From Candidatus Sumerlaeia bacterium (GTDB taxonomy: Bacteria > Sumerlaeota > Sumerlaeia > SLMS01 > JANRJK01), in assembly GCA_033764015.1 (NCBI GenBank), contig JANRJK010000021.1, positions 1-64,000 on the forward strand: a stretch of 64,000 nucleotides of DNA. Direction: 5' to 3'. Position 1 is the first letter of the stretch. Each line of letters opens with the position of its first letter. A program made the position numbers and the translations under genes. Under the pieces are notes generated by a model, which was not told the DNA's origin, made no database searches, and was given only the letters and a program-made list of their open reading frames with translations. This document shows, one piece after another, positions 27,355 to 36,355 of this stretch.

Positions 27355-30300
27355 ATGCGAATGGTTCGCGTGGTGGCGTTGTGCGCGCTGGCGGGCGCGC
27401 TGGCGGCTTTCCCGGCGGGGGCGCCGGGGCAGGCGGGGGCGCCGGGGCCGGAGGGTTACCCCTTCGTGCGCTCGCTGATGCCGAAGGAGCGTGGATTCGA
27501 ATTCGACTGGAATTCGGCGGCGCATTGGAGCGAGGGGTTCGCCACGCTGCGGGCGCGCCGCGGGCCGGAGTTCTTCGCCGACATGGAGCGGCTGCTGGCG
27601 CTGGCCGCGAAGCACGAGTCGGCCGAGGTGCGCGGCGTCGCGGAGGTCGAGGCGCCCGGCTTCGAGGAGACGCGCCGCCTGTGGACGCTCGGCAACATCC
27701 CGGAGCCGCCGACGGACGGCTTGATCGCGGAGAAGCTTTGGCAGGTGGCGAAGCTGGAGGAGAAGCGGCCCGACGGCAGCGTGGCGGGACTGAAGGCGAT
27801 CTTCGCCAAGGCGCGCGACCACGGCGACTGGAACCTCGCCTACGAGGCGGGCCGCCACCTCATCGCCTACCGGGAGGACGATCCGGGCCTGCAGAACGAG
27901 TTCGCCGAGGTGTGCAAGCGCTGCCGCGAGGACGCCCGCGTCCGCGCCGCCGAGGTGTACCGGCTGCTCTCCATCGACTCGAACCGCGAGGCGCTCAACC
28001 GCGGCGGGCGCGACACCGGCAGCCTCCGCGGCGCGGCGCACGAGCCGAACCGCCGCTGGCACGTCGGCGAGATCGAGCGGACCGCGTTCGAGCTCTACGG
28101 GCAGTTGATCCAGTGGGAGTCGAAGTACCGCGCGAACTGGCGCGACTACGCGGACATGCGGCAGGTCTTCGACCAGCTCACCGCGCTGCTCGGGCTGCGG
28201 GCGTACCTGATCAACTACGACGCCCTGACGGCGCACGACCCGGCGGTGCGCGAGCGCATGCTGGCCTACTGCCGCCGGATCCTGCTCGCGGAGGACTGGG
28301 CCGCCACCGCGGCGATCCCGGTCGAGGTGCCCGAGTGGGCGCCGCTGGCGTTCTCGCCATCCGCGACGGACTACTCCAACGACCACGCCACGGAGCACGC
28401 GAAGGTGGATCCGAAGGAGCTGTCGGAGGCCACGCACGCGAACGCCACGAAGCGCTACGCGAGCGAATTCCTGATCGTGCTGCGGATGCTCGCGATCGAG
28501 CGCGAGGGCGTGCTCTTCTCGATGGATCCGGAGGACCCGGCGGTGCCCGACGCGCTGAAGGAGGCGTACCGGCAGGCGCTGCTGCACGGCCGCCGCGTCT
28601 ACGTGCACGAAGCCTCGGGCGACTACCTCGCCGCGTTCCGCGAGCCGGACTCGAACGAGAGCCGCGCGCGCAAGACGCGCCGGGCGGAGCTGCTGATGCG
28701 CGCCTGCGACGACCTGGCGAAGTTCGAGCAGCCGGTCGGCTTCCGGTCCGCGCGCGCCGACATGCTGTACCGCTACTCGCCCCAGGAGCCGCGCAAGTAT
28801 CTGGCGCTGGCGTGGGAGCGCGATCTCACCGACGGCGTCTCCGCCTCGCCGGAGCAGTCCGCCGCGCTGATCGACATGCTCGAGTGGATCGCCCGCTTCC
28901 GCACCACCTCGGGGCGCGAGCGCATCGAGACCTACTCCGTGCTGACCGCGCTGGCGACGGCCCGGAACCTGCAGCTCGGCAAGCCCGCCGAGGCAGAGCC
29001 CACGGTTTCGGACCTGATGGCCGCTTCGCTGTCCGTGGCGGACGAAGCGAACCATGTGCAGGTGGCGCGCCTGTACCAGGACGCGCTCGAGCAGGCGGTC
29101 TTCGACCGGAAAGAGCGCGGCCAGCCGCTGGTGCGAACCCTCGAGCTGCTCGCCCGCTGGCATCTGGGGCAGGTCGCCGCCAACTCGAACCGCAACTCCG
29201 GCACGCAGTGCGACGGCGTCGAGGGCTCGCCCGAGTGGCAGGTGCTGCGGACGTACGCGGCGGCCCGGGAGATCTCCGCGGACCAAGACGCGGCGGACTC
29301 GCTGACGTTCAACAAGGTGCTGGAAAACGCCTGGGCGGTTAAGGCGGACGAGCGGCAGGCGCTCGAGTTCGCGCTGCGCATCGAGCCGTGCCTCCTGGAA
29401 CGCGTGGCGGGAGGCGAGCGCGGGATGGGCGCCATGGCCTTCGTGAAGGCGCTCACCACGGCGCGCCTGCTCCACGTCGACCGGCCGGAGCAGACATGGG
29501 CGGTGCTGGAAGGCTACGCGCGCCTGCTTTCCGGGTCGCTCCCCGGGCAGGGGTACGAGAACCCGACAACATCCCACGCGGCGCGGGTCGCGATGGATCT
29601 GCTGCTGACCGGTGGCCATTCGCCGGTCAGTTTTCTCGACACCTACCGGGAGAAGCTGCGCGCGGGGCTGACGGAGCGCCCGGACTCGCCGGTGGGGGGC
29701 CTCGAGAAGGCGTTCGAGGCGCGCATGGCGCTGCTGCTCAGCGAACCGTCGCCCTCCGTCGACGCGATCTGGGACGCGCTGCGCGACTTCGCGGACGCGG
29801 TGCACGGACGCGGGGGCTGGGTGCCGTCGCAGGCGGTGGCCGCGGCGGACAAGCGCCTCAGCGGCGGCAGCTACGCGTTCTATCCGCAGTTCCACGACCG
29901 GCTCTTCGTGGCCGCGGCGGACCGCGTTGGGCATCCGTCCACGCAGGCGGACCCGGGGTACGGGGAACTGGTTCGGGGGATGTCGCTGGCGATCGCGGAA
30001 CGGATGCGGACCTGGATCGGGGAGGAGTCCGGGCTCGTGGGCGAGGCCGGCGGCGCCGCGCGTCCGCCGGCGGCGTTCGAGGTGTCGGGCTCCATGCGGA
30101 ACAGCTACCCGGAGATGGGGCAGGCGTTCGCCGCCTTCGAGGAGCACCAGCGTCTCGCGAGGGACATCCGCACGTTCAAGGAGTTGCAGAACGTGGGCGC
30201 GGTGCTCGGCACAGTGAACTCCGCGCTGCGCGACAAGAAGGGGATCGACGACGCGGCGAAGAAGTTCGACGTGATGTTCAAGGAGCTGCAGCGGCTCGCG

Positions 30301-30435
30301 GACCGTGCGGTCGCGATCGGGGCGTCGGCGCTCTACGAGGAGATCGGCGGCGCGGCGGTCATCGCCAACGCGGTGCGCGCCTACGAGCAGCTCGTCGCCG
30401 CGGGAGCCGCGATCTACAAGGAGTCCAAGCAGTAG
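27355..30435 (+). CDS. Large secreted hypothetical protein (~1026 aa)
   Basis: SD AAGGAGG before ATG 27355, signal peptide MRMVRVVALCALAGALAAFPAGA, host-like codon usage, protein-like composition. No family recognised. Confidence 0.8.
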   Translation: MRMVRVVALCALAGALAAFPAGAPGQAGAPGPEGYPFVRSLMPKERGFEFDWNSAAHWSEGFATLRARRGPEFFADMERLLALAAKHESAEVRGVAEVEAPGFEETRRLWTLGNIPEPPTDGLIAEKLWQVAKLEEKRPDGSVAGLKAIFAKARDHGDWNLAYEAGRHLIAYREDDPGLQNEFAEVCKRCREDARVRAAEVYRLLSIDSNREALNRGGRDTGSLRGAAHEPNRRWHVGEIERTAFELYGQLIQWESKYRANWRDYADMRQVFDQLTALLGLRAYLINYDALTAHDPAVRERMLAYCRRILLAEDWAATAAIPVEVPEWAPLAFSPSATDYSNDHATEHAKVDPKELSEATHANATKRYASEFLIVLRMLAIEREGVLFSMDPEDPAVPDALKEAYRQALLHGRRVYVHEASGDYLAAFREPDSNESRARKTRRAELLMRACDDLAKFEQPVGFRSARADMLYRYSPQEPRKYLALAWERDLTDGVSASPEQSAALIDMLEWIARFRTTSGRERIETYSVLTALATARNLQLGKPAEAEPTVSDLMAASLSVADEANHVQVARLYQDALEQAVFDRKERGQPLVRTLELLARWHLGQVAANSNRNSGTQCDGVEGSPEWQVLRTYAAAREISADQDAADSLTFNKVLENAWAVKADERQALEFALRIEPCLLERVAGGERGMGAMAFVKALTTARLLHVDRPEQTWAVLEGYARLLSGSLPGQGYENPTTSHAARVAMDLLLTGGHSPVSFLDTYREKLRAGLTERPDSPVGGLEKAFEARMALLLSEPSPSVDAIWDALRDFADAVHGRGGWVPSQAVAAADKRLSGGSYAFYPQFHDRLFVAAADRVGHPSTQADPGYGELVRGMSLAIAERMRTWIGEESGLVGEAGGAARPPAAFEVSGSMRNSYPEMGQAFAAFEEHQRLARDIRTFKELQNVGAVLGTVNSALRDKKGIDDAAKKFDVMFKELQRLADRAVAIGASALYEEIGGAAVIANAVRAYEQLVAAGAAIYKESKQ

Positions 30436-30444
30436 GCGGCGGGG

Positions 30445-32028
30445 TTACTGGGCGTTACGCTCCCATACATCGTACGCGCCCATCCCGAGAACCCGACGGC
30501 TACCGGGCAGGCCGTCGGGGAACTCGGCGGCGCGGACGAGTGCGCGCGCGCCGGGAGGCTCCGACGCCAGTGAGGCGAGGAGCCCCTCCTTCGAATAGTG
30601 AGGCTCGACGAGGGCCGGCTCCGGGGAGAAGTACGAGAGGACCCAGTGCGGGAGCGGGTCGCCGGCGTCGTAAACGTGGAGGCGCATTTCCCAGGGATGG
30701 ACAAGGGCCTCGCCGCGGCCGAGCCGCGAGGGGTCGCGCTCACGGGCGATCCGGGAGGCGAGCGCGAGCAGGTCGGCGGACTGGCCCCACCCGTGGTCGT
30801 AGCGGACGACGGCCCAGCGCGCCTGCGCGAAGGCGCCCGCCGCGAGCACCGCGGCGAGGGCGACGGGGCGCAGCCGCTCCGGGAGGAGCCGCGCCGCCGC
30901 CGCGAGGCCACCCGCCGCGAGCACCGCGGCCGGAAGCATGGCGGCCATCGTCATGCGCGGGCGCACGCTCGAGCCGAGCCCGCTCCGCATGGTGCTGAGG
31001 GTTGCGAACAGGAAGACCGCGATGAAGGCGTAGAGGAACGCCCGCGGACCGCGGGCTCCGCTCCGCAGGGCGGCAACGGCGCCCGCGAACGCCAGCGGGA
31101 GCAGGTAGCCGTGGTCCTTCGCGAAGGTCGTCGGAAAGACCAGGAGGCGCGAGAGCGCCGTCGAGTAGTCGTAAAAGTAGTTCTGCTCGAAGTTGATCCG
31201 GCGGCTGTTCTCCGCGAAGGCGGTGAAGGAGCCCAGGGCCAGCTTGCTCGAGACCACCCACGCCAGCGGGTACGCGGCGAGCAGGGTCGCGGACGCGAGC
31301 AGCAGGGCGGCGCCCCGGCGCTCGCCCCGGCGCGCGAGCCAACCGCCGCGCCAGAGAAGGTAAGGGCCGAGCAGCAGCCCCGCGATCCATGCTTCGTAGC
31401 GCAGCGTCGTTCCGAACGCCAGCAGCGCTGCGCCGAACGCGAGCCAGCGCTCGCGCCGCCAGTCGCCGTCGGGCGCTTCCTGCTCCGCGCGGAACGCGGC
31501 CCAGCAGCCGTAGGCGGCGAGGAGCGGGGGGTACGCGAGCGCTTCCGCCCACGGGTTGACCGACATCCATAGGACGACCGGGGCGCAGCCGGCGAGCGCG
31601 GCCGCGACGGCCTGCTCCGGGCCCGCGCCCCAAACCTTCCCCGCGGTCCACCAAGCCGCCGCTACCAGAGCCGCGAATCCGGCGCAGGAGAGGACCGCGT
31701 TGGCGACGACGAGTGAGCCGGCGAGCCGGTACAGCAGGCCCATCGCATAGAAGTGTCCGCCGAGCCAGACGTGGTCGTGCGGCGCGAAGAAGGGGCTGGC
31801 GGCCCACGCCATGGCCGCCGCGGGGCGCGCGTACTCGTCGCCGCCCAAGAGGAACTGCGCGCTTCCACGCATCGCGGCGAAGGCCGCGGCGGGGAGCAGC
31901 GCGACCAACGCCCACACGGGGGAGGGCAGGCCGCCGGGCTCCCCGCCGGCGGGGCGGAGGAGCAAGGCGGCCAACCCCGCGAGCCCGAGGGGAATCGTGG
32001 CCCAGAGTAGCAGGGCGCTAGGAAACAC
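30445..32028 (-). CDS. Membrane protein, probable GT-C/PMT-like glycosyltransferase
   Basis: GGDEYAR acidic motif after the N-terminal TMs, WAE, LRYEAW, many TM segments. Start uncertain. Confidence 0.65.
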   Translation of the reverse strand: MFPSALLLWATIPLGLAGLAALLLRPAGGEPGGLPSPVWALVALLPAAAFAAMRGSAQFLLGGDEYARPAAAMAWAASPFFAPHDHVWLGGHFYAMGLLYRLAGSLVVANAVLSCAGFAALVAAAWWTAGKVWGAGPEQAVAAALAGCAPVVLWMSVNPWAEALAYPPLLAAYGCWAAFRAEQEAPDGDWRRERWLAFGAALLAFGTTLRYEAWIAGLLLGPYLLWRGGWLARRGERRGAALLLASATLLAAYPLAWVVSSKLALGSFTAFAENSRRINFEQNYFYDYSTALSRLLVFPTTFAKDHGYLLPLAFAGAVAALRSGARGPRAFLYAFIAVFLFATLSTMRSGLGSSVRPRMTMAAMLPAAVLAAGGLAAAARLLPERLRPVALAAVLAAGAFAQARWAVVRYDHGWGQSADLLALASRIARERDPSRLGRGEALVHPWEMRLHVYDAGDPLPHWVLSYFSPEPALVEPHYSKEGLLASLASEPPGARALVRAAEFPDGLPGSRRVLGMGAYDVWERNAQ

Positions 32029-32046
32029 GCCCCGCCGCCGCCGCCG

Positions 32047-32676
32047 CTACTTTCCGCCGCCGAGCAGGTTCTTCGCGGCGTCGCCGGCCTTGCCCGCGGC
32101 CTTCTTGGCCTCTTCCGCCGCGGCGCCCGCCTTCGACTCCAGTTCCTCCAGGAGCGGCGCGTTGCGGTCGCGCAGGTCCTCGAGTTCCTCGGCGGCGGCG
32201 TCGCGCTTCTCTTCGAGGAACTTGACCAGCTCCTCGAGGCGGGAGCGGTCGCCGTCCTTCAGCTTGGCGGCTTCCTGCTTCGCCGCCTTGAGCTTGCCGT
32301 CGAGGTCGCCGAGGCTCGCGCGGACGTCATCGAACGCCTTCTGGACCGACTCCGGGGTGCGGGACTTGGCGTCCGCGAGCTGCTTTTCGAGGGCCGCGAA
32401 GCTGCTGTTGAGCTTCTCGTTCAGCTTGGCCAGCTCGCCGCCGTAGGAGCCGTCGATCTGCTCGGCGAGGCCGGCGATGGACTTGTCGATATCCTTGAAG
32501 GCGGATTGCGCCGCGTCGCCAAGGTCCTCGGCGGCGGCGCGGGCGCCTTCGCCGAGTTGCGCGATGGCCTTCTGCGCGTCCTTCTGCGCCTTGCTGGCGG
32601 GGGGCTCCTCCGCCTTCTGGCAGGCGGTGAGTGTTGCGACGGACGCCAGCGCGAGCGCGGCGAGGGTGGTCTTCAT
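32047..32676 (-). CDS. Coiled-coil lipoprotein
   Basis: MKTTLAALALASVATLTA|C lipobox, then Ala/Lys/Glu-rich amphipathic helices. Confidence 0.8.
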   Translation of the reverse strand: MKTTLAALALASVATLTACQKAEEPPASKAQKDAQKAIAQLGEGARAAAEDLGDAAQSAFKDIDKSIAGLAEQIDGSYGGELAKLNEKLNSSFAALEKQLADAKSRTPESVQKAFDDVRASLGDLDGKLKAAKQEAAKLKDGDRSRLEELVKFLEEKRDAAAEELEDLRDRNAPLLEELESKAGAAAEEAKKAAGKAGDAAKNLLGGGK

Positions 32677-32708
32677 GGGTGCGTTCCTTTGGAGGGTTGC
32701 GGCGGGAA

Positions 32709-33188
32709 TCAGTTGAAGTGGCGCCAACTGCCGACGACGGGGTAGGTGTAGGTTTCGCCGTTGAACGCCTTGATGCCGGCGATGATGCGGAGGACGGCGT
32801 AGGCGACGCCGACGACGAGCATTATCGGCACGAACAGGAACGCCGACAGGCCGCAGGTCAGGAAGAAGCTGACGAAGGCGATGGCGAGCAGGATCCAGTA
32901 AAGGATCAACAGGTTCAGGCTCTGCCGCAGGTGGTCGAAGGTGAATCCGTGGCGTTGCTTGTGGATCACGAAGAGCACGATGATCGCGACCGTGCCGAAG
33001 ATGCCCGTTCCCAAATCCAGGAGGCCCGCCAAGTGACCCAGCGCGGCGAGCTGCTTGTCCGAATCCATCAAGGGCTGGCCCGGGGAGGCGTCGCTGGGCG
33101 GCGCGGCGGGGCCGGCCTCGTAGGGCGAACCGTCCGGGCCCAGGATCGGAGGGGGCGGGGGCGGCGGGGGCGGCGGAGTTTCGGACAT
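32709..33188 (-). CDS. DUF4870/Tic20-like membrane protein with poly-Pro N-terminus
   Basis: DKQLAALGHL, HLRQSLN, AGIKAFNGETYTYP. N-terminal run of nine prolines. Confidence 0.85.
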   Translation of the reverse strand: MSETPPPPPPPPPPILGPDGSPYEAGPAAPPSDASPGQPLMDSDKQLAALGHLAGLLDLGTGIFGTVAIIVLFVIHKQRHGFTFDHLRQSLNLLILYWILLAIAFVSFFLTCGLSAFLFVPIMLVVGVAYAVLRIIAGIKAFNGETYTYPVVGSWRHFN

Positions 33189-33289
33189 GCTGGCTCGGTT
33201 CGCTCCGCGGGGGGAGGATTCGCTTTGCGTCGGACTGGGGGTAAGGCTAGGGCTTTGCAGGCTCTGGATCAACCGCGAAGGGCGCCCTG

Positions 33290-33580
33290 ATGGGACAGCA
33301 GATATCGGAAAAGCGATTGAGCCACTTGGCCGGCGAGATCGTCGCCGGGGTGCGCGCCCTTCCCTCGGTGAAGTGCCGGGTGATGGAAGACTCGCTGCGG
33401 CGCAAGCTGGTGAAGGCGATGCGGGATGAATTGTTCGTGATCGAGGAGATCGAGGCGGAGGCGCGGAAGCGTCTGCTTGCGAAGCCGAAAGCGCCCGCCG
33501 AGGGAACGATGACATGGCACCGGGAATTCACAGCTTTGAAGGCAAGGATTGCTGAAGAGCGGCGTCGTGGGGGGAAGTAA
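33290..33580 (+). CDS. Small DUF507-like protein
   Basis: ISEKRLSHLA...EEIEAEARKRL...EGTMTW pattern, followed by a terminator. Confidence 0.65.
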   Translation: MGQQISEKRLSHLAGEIVAGVRALPSVKCRVMEDSLRRKLVKAMRDELFVIEEIEAEARKRLLAKPKAPAEGTMTWHREFTALKARIAEERRRGGK

Positions 33581-33633
33581 TCCCCCATGTGAGCCGACTG
33601 TGGAAAACCCGATTCGCATGTTGGTAGTGCGCT

Positions 33634-33669
33634 AAGCGGCCCCGGCTCCCCCGGGGCCGCTTTTCTTTC
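33634..33669 (+). terminator. Rho-independent terminator
   Basis: aagcggccccgg-ctccc-ccggggccgc followed by ttttcttt. Confidence 0.85.
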
Positions 33670-33927
33670 GCCCCCTAAAGCCAGAAAAACCCAATGTTCG
33701 CGGGTTCCGCGGAGCGACCGCGTGCGCCCCGGTGCGGGCTCCCGGGCGGTGCCGCGCGGCGCTTGGCGATCACCGACAGCGCGCCTCGCTAATACAAGAT
33801 GCAGTGCGCAGCACCGCTTCTGGACGCCACGGGTGGTGCAATACGGGCTGAAATCCGGCGTGCGGAAATCGTGCCACATCGCACTTGACCTTCCATCTGG
33901 TCGACTCTCCGATACTCTTGTTCCCGC

Positions 33928-33966
33928 TGTGGGGAAATTGCCCTAAGTCACCCAAAGCCGCCCAAT
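33928..33966. promoter_or_regulatory. Putative MraZ-binding repeats upstream of the dcw cluster
   Basis: TGTGGGG at 33928, then CCCTAA, CCCAAA and CCCAAT starting at 33941, 33951 and 33961 (exact 10-bp period; T(T/A)GGG on the minus strand). Confidence 0.6.
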
Positions 33967-33968
33967 CC

Positions 33969-34595
33969 GTGAAGCTCCTCGCCCAACAGCTCACCGGCAC
34001 CATTGTCCAGACGATCGACGCCAAGTCGCGCCTGACCGTGCCGTCGCGCTTTCTGGAGACCTTCGGGCGGTTGTCGGGGGTCGAGGGGACCGACAACCTG
34101 GCGGTGGTCGTCTCGCTTTCCTTGCGCGGCAACATGGCGATCTTCCCCGTTCCGGTGTTCGAGCGGTTCCTCGAGGATTTGCAGCAGAGCGCGGCGGAGT
34201 CGCCCGAACTCGACGAATACCTAACGAACCTGTTGAATCATTGTGAAGAGCAATCTCTGGACGCCCAGAACCGTTTGAAGGTGCCCCAGTTGATGCTCCC
34301 GATCCTGATGCCCAAGTCGGCGGAGCAGAACGCTCCGGGCTACGATCCGGAGTTGGACTATGTGGCGAAGGTGGCGGAGGTGAAGGCGGCGGAGCGCGCG
34401 CCGTTCAACGCGGCGGTGCGGGGCTGCGGGACGTACCTCGAGGTGGCGAGCGTGACGGAGGTCTTGCAGTCGTTCGTCCAGGCGGCGTCGGCCCAGACGC
34501 GCGCGGCGGCGTCGAAGGCCGGCGTGCAAAGGAGGCTGACCACCGGTGTCTATGGAACACAGGCACGAACCGGTCATGGCGAGGCAGGTGCTTGA
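33969..34595 (+). CDS. mraZ: Transcriptional regulator MraZ (divergent, with insertion)
   Basis: Two DxxxR motifs (IDAKSRLTVP, LDAQNRLKVP). First gene of the dcw cluster. GTG start inferred. Confidence 0.85.
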   Translation: MKLLAQQLTGTIVQTIDAKSRLTVPSRFLETFGRLSGVEGTDNLAVVVSLSLRGNMAIFPVPVFERFLEDLQQSAAESPELDEYLTNLLNHCEEQSLDAQNRLKVPQLMLPILMPKSAEQNAPGYDPELDYVAKVAEVKAAERAPFNAAVRGCGTYLEVASVTEVLQSFVQAASAQTRAAASKAGVQRRLTTGVYGTQARTGHGEAGA

Positions 34596-35532
34596 GGTGT
34601 TGAACCCCTCGCGCTCCTCGGTGGTCCTGGACGGCACGCTCGGCGCCGCGGGGCACGCGCGCCTGCTGGCGGAGCGGCTCGGCCCGGAGGGTTTCCTCCT
34701 GGGGCTGGACCGCGACCCGGCGATGGCGGAGCGCGGCCGCGCGCGGCTGGCGGAAGCGTGCGCCGCGCGGACGGACGCGCCCCGGTTCGCGGTCGAGGCG
34801 CTGTCCTACGAGCGCGCCGGCGACGCGCTGGCGAAGCACGGCTTCGAGGGCGCCGACGCGATCGCGTTGGACCTCGGGCTGAATTCGATCCAGCTCGCGG
34901 ACGCTTCTCGGGGGTTCAGCTTCCAGCACGACGGGCCGCTCGACATGCGCTTCAACCCGGCGGAGCCGGGCACGCCGAGCGTGGCCGAGCTGGTGGCGGA
35001 CGCGACGGAGTCGGAGCTCGCCACGTGGATGCGCGAGTTCGCGGACGAGCGGTTCGCGGGGCGCATCGCGTCGGCGATCGTGCGGGAGCGCGCGAAGGCG
35101 CCGATCGCGACGACGGCGCGGCTGGCCGAGGTGGTGCGCGCCGCGGTGCCCGCCGCCGCGCGCCGCGGCCCCGTGGACGCGGCCACGCGCCCCATGCAGG
35201 CGCTCCGCATCGCGGCGAACCGCGAGTACGAAGTGCTCGAGGCGGGGCTCCGCGCGTGCCTGGCGGCGCTGCGGCCGGGGGGCGTGCTGGCGGTCATCTC
35301 GTTCCATTCCGGCGAGGACCGGCGCGTGAAGGAGGCCTTCGACGCGGTCGGCAGTCCGCGCCCGGACCCGGGGAACCCGTATTCCGCGACGACGCGGTCG
35401 GGCCTCGAGTACGAGGTGAAGAGCCGCGGCGCGATGAAGCCCTCCGACGAGGAAGTGGCTCGCAATCCGAGGGCGCGGAGCGCGCGGCTGCGCGCGGTGC
35501 GCCGGCTGCGGCCGGGGGAGGTCCCGGCGTGA
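34546..35532 (+). CDS. rsmH: 16S rRNA m4C1402 methyltransferase
   Basis: HEPVM, DGTLGAAGHA, DLGLNSIQL, GPLDMR, QALRIAAN, ISFHSGEDR, NPRARSARLR. Confidence 0.96.
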   Translation: MSMEHRHEPVMARQVLEVLNPSRSSVVLDGTLGAAGHARLLAERLGPEGFLLGLDRDPAMAERGRARLAEACAARTDAPRFAVEALSYERAGDALAKHGFEGADAIALDLGLNSIQLADASRGFSFQHDGPLDMRFNPAEPGTPSVAELVADATESELATWMREFADERFAGRIASAIVRERAKAPIATTARLAEVVRAAVPAAARRGPVDAATRPMQALRIAANREYEVLEAGLRACLAALRPGGVLAVISFHSGEDRRVKEAFDAVGSPRPDPGNPYSATTRSGLEYEVKSRGAMKPSDEEVARNPRARSARLRAVRRLRPGEVPA

Positions 35533-35996
35533 GGGGGCGTCGCTTCTGGCGCGAGGCGCGCCGGCAGGTGTTCGGCGGGGCGGCGACGCCGGCCCGCGAT
35601 CGGCGGCGCGCGGGCGCGGACTGGCGCCACGCGCTGGCCATGGCGCCGGCGTTCGCGGTGGTGATCGGACTGGGGCTGCTGCATGTGGACGCGGTGTTCC
35701 GGCTGCGCGACTACCAGATCCGCGCGGGTGTGGCGCAGGAGGCGGCGCTGCGCGAGCGCGACCGGGCGCGGGAGCTGGGCGCGGAGCTGGCGCGGGCGCA
35801 GGATTCGGCGCGCGTGGCGGCGGTTTCGGCGGAGGGCTCGGGCCTGGTGGAGCTGTCGCCGGAGCGGGTGGAGGAGCTGGCGCTGGCGCCGGCGGCGCGC
35901 GCCGCCTGGGCGGCCGCCGCGGAGCGCGCCCGCGCCGAGTGGCGCGCCCTGCAAGAGGACGAAAACCAGAGGAAAGGAGGACTGGATGCGCGGTAG
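35529..35996 (+). CDS. ftsL: Cell division protein FtsL-like
   Basis: GTGA overlap with rsmH. Basic N-terminus, one TM, coiled coil. Canonical position between rsmH and ftsI. Confidence 0.65.
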   Translation: MRGRRFWREARRQVFGGAATPARDRRRAGADWRHALAMAPAFAVVIGLGLLHVDAVFRLRDYQIRAGVAQEAALRERDRARELGAELARAQDSARVAAVSAEGSGLVELSPERVEELALAPAARAAWAAAAERARAEWRALQEDENQRKGGLDAR

Positions 35997-36026
35997 GCAG
36001 CCGTCCCGCTAGGGAGGCCGCTTCCC

Positions 36027-36278
36027 CGACAAGACGAGGCCAGGAGCAAGAGGGTGCCCACCGGCCGGTTCAGCGTCTTCGAACCGGCCAGTCGGCCGCC
36101 GGGTGCGCAGCCCGACGATCCCGTTCCCTGTCCGAGCCCGCTCCGCGAGGATCCCGGCTCCGACGTTCCCGCTCCTGTTCCCCGTTCCGATGCGCAATGG
36201 CCGGCTTGGCCTCGACGGGGACGTCCGTTCCCGCGGCCCGCCCGGAGACACCAAGGCGCTCCTGGCCTCCTCTTGTCG
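36027..36278. ncRNA. Candidate structured RNA or MITE-like element in the ftsL-ftsI spacer
   Basis: 21-bp terminal inverted repeat with 1 mismatch (36027-36047 vs 36258-36278). The inner stem continues with G-U pairs on the minus strand. Internal hairpin ggccggttc/gaaccggcc. Confidence 0.45.
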
Positions 36279-36355
36279 CGAGAAACGTTCGGTCGTTTCC
36301 GGGAATCGGACACCCCCCTCGCCGGCGGCATCCGGACGCATCCGGGCAGCGGGCC

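Noticed and set aside
26476..30147. 1223-aa minus-strand ORF and the many other long Arg/Ala/Gly-rich overlapping ORFs
   Set aside because: Stop-poor alternative frames typical of high-GC DNA. Only the last ~237 aa (His-phosphatase) of this ORF looks real.
33145..33178. G-rich repeat as a phase-variation tract or G-quadruplex
   Set aside because: It is explained by the poly-proline codons of the DUF4870-like gene.
33885..33918. TTGACC...GATACT as a sigma70 promoter for mraZ
   Set aside because: The spacer is 20 bp, so it is not supportable without TSS data.
35968..35980. GAGGAAAG as the RNase P RNA signature
   Set aside because: It is not followed by TCC, lies inside ftsL, and no 3' P4 motif was found.
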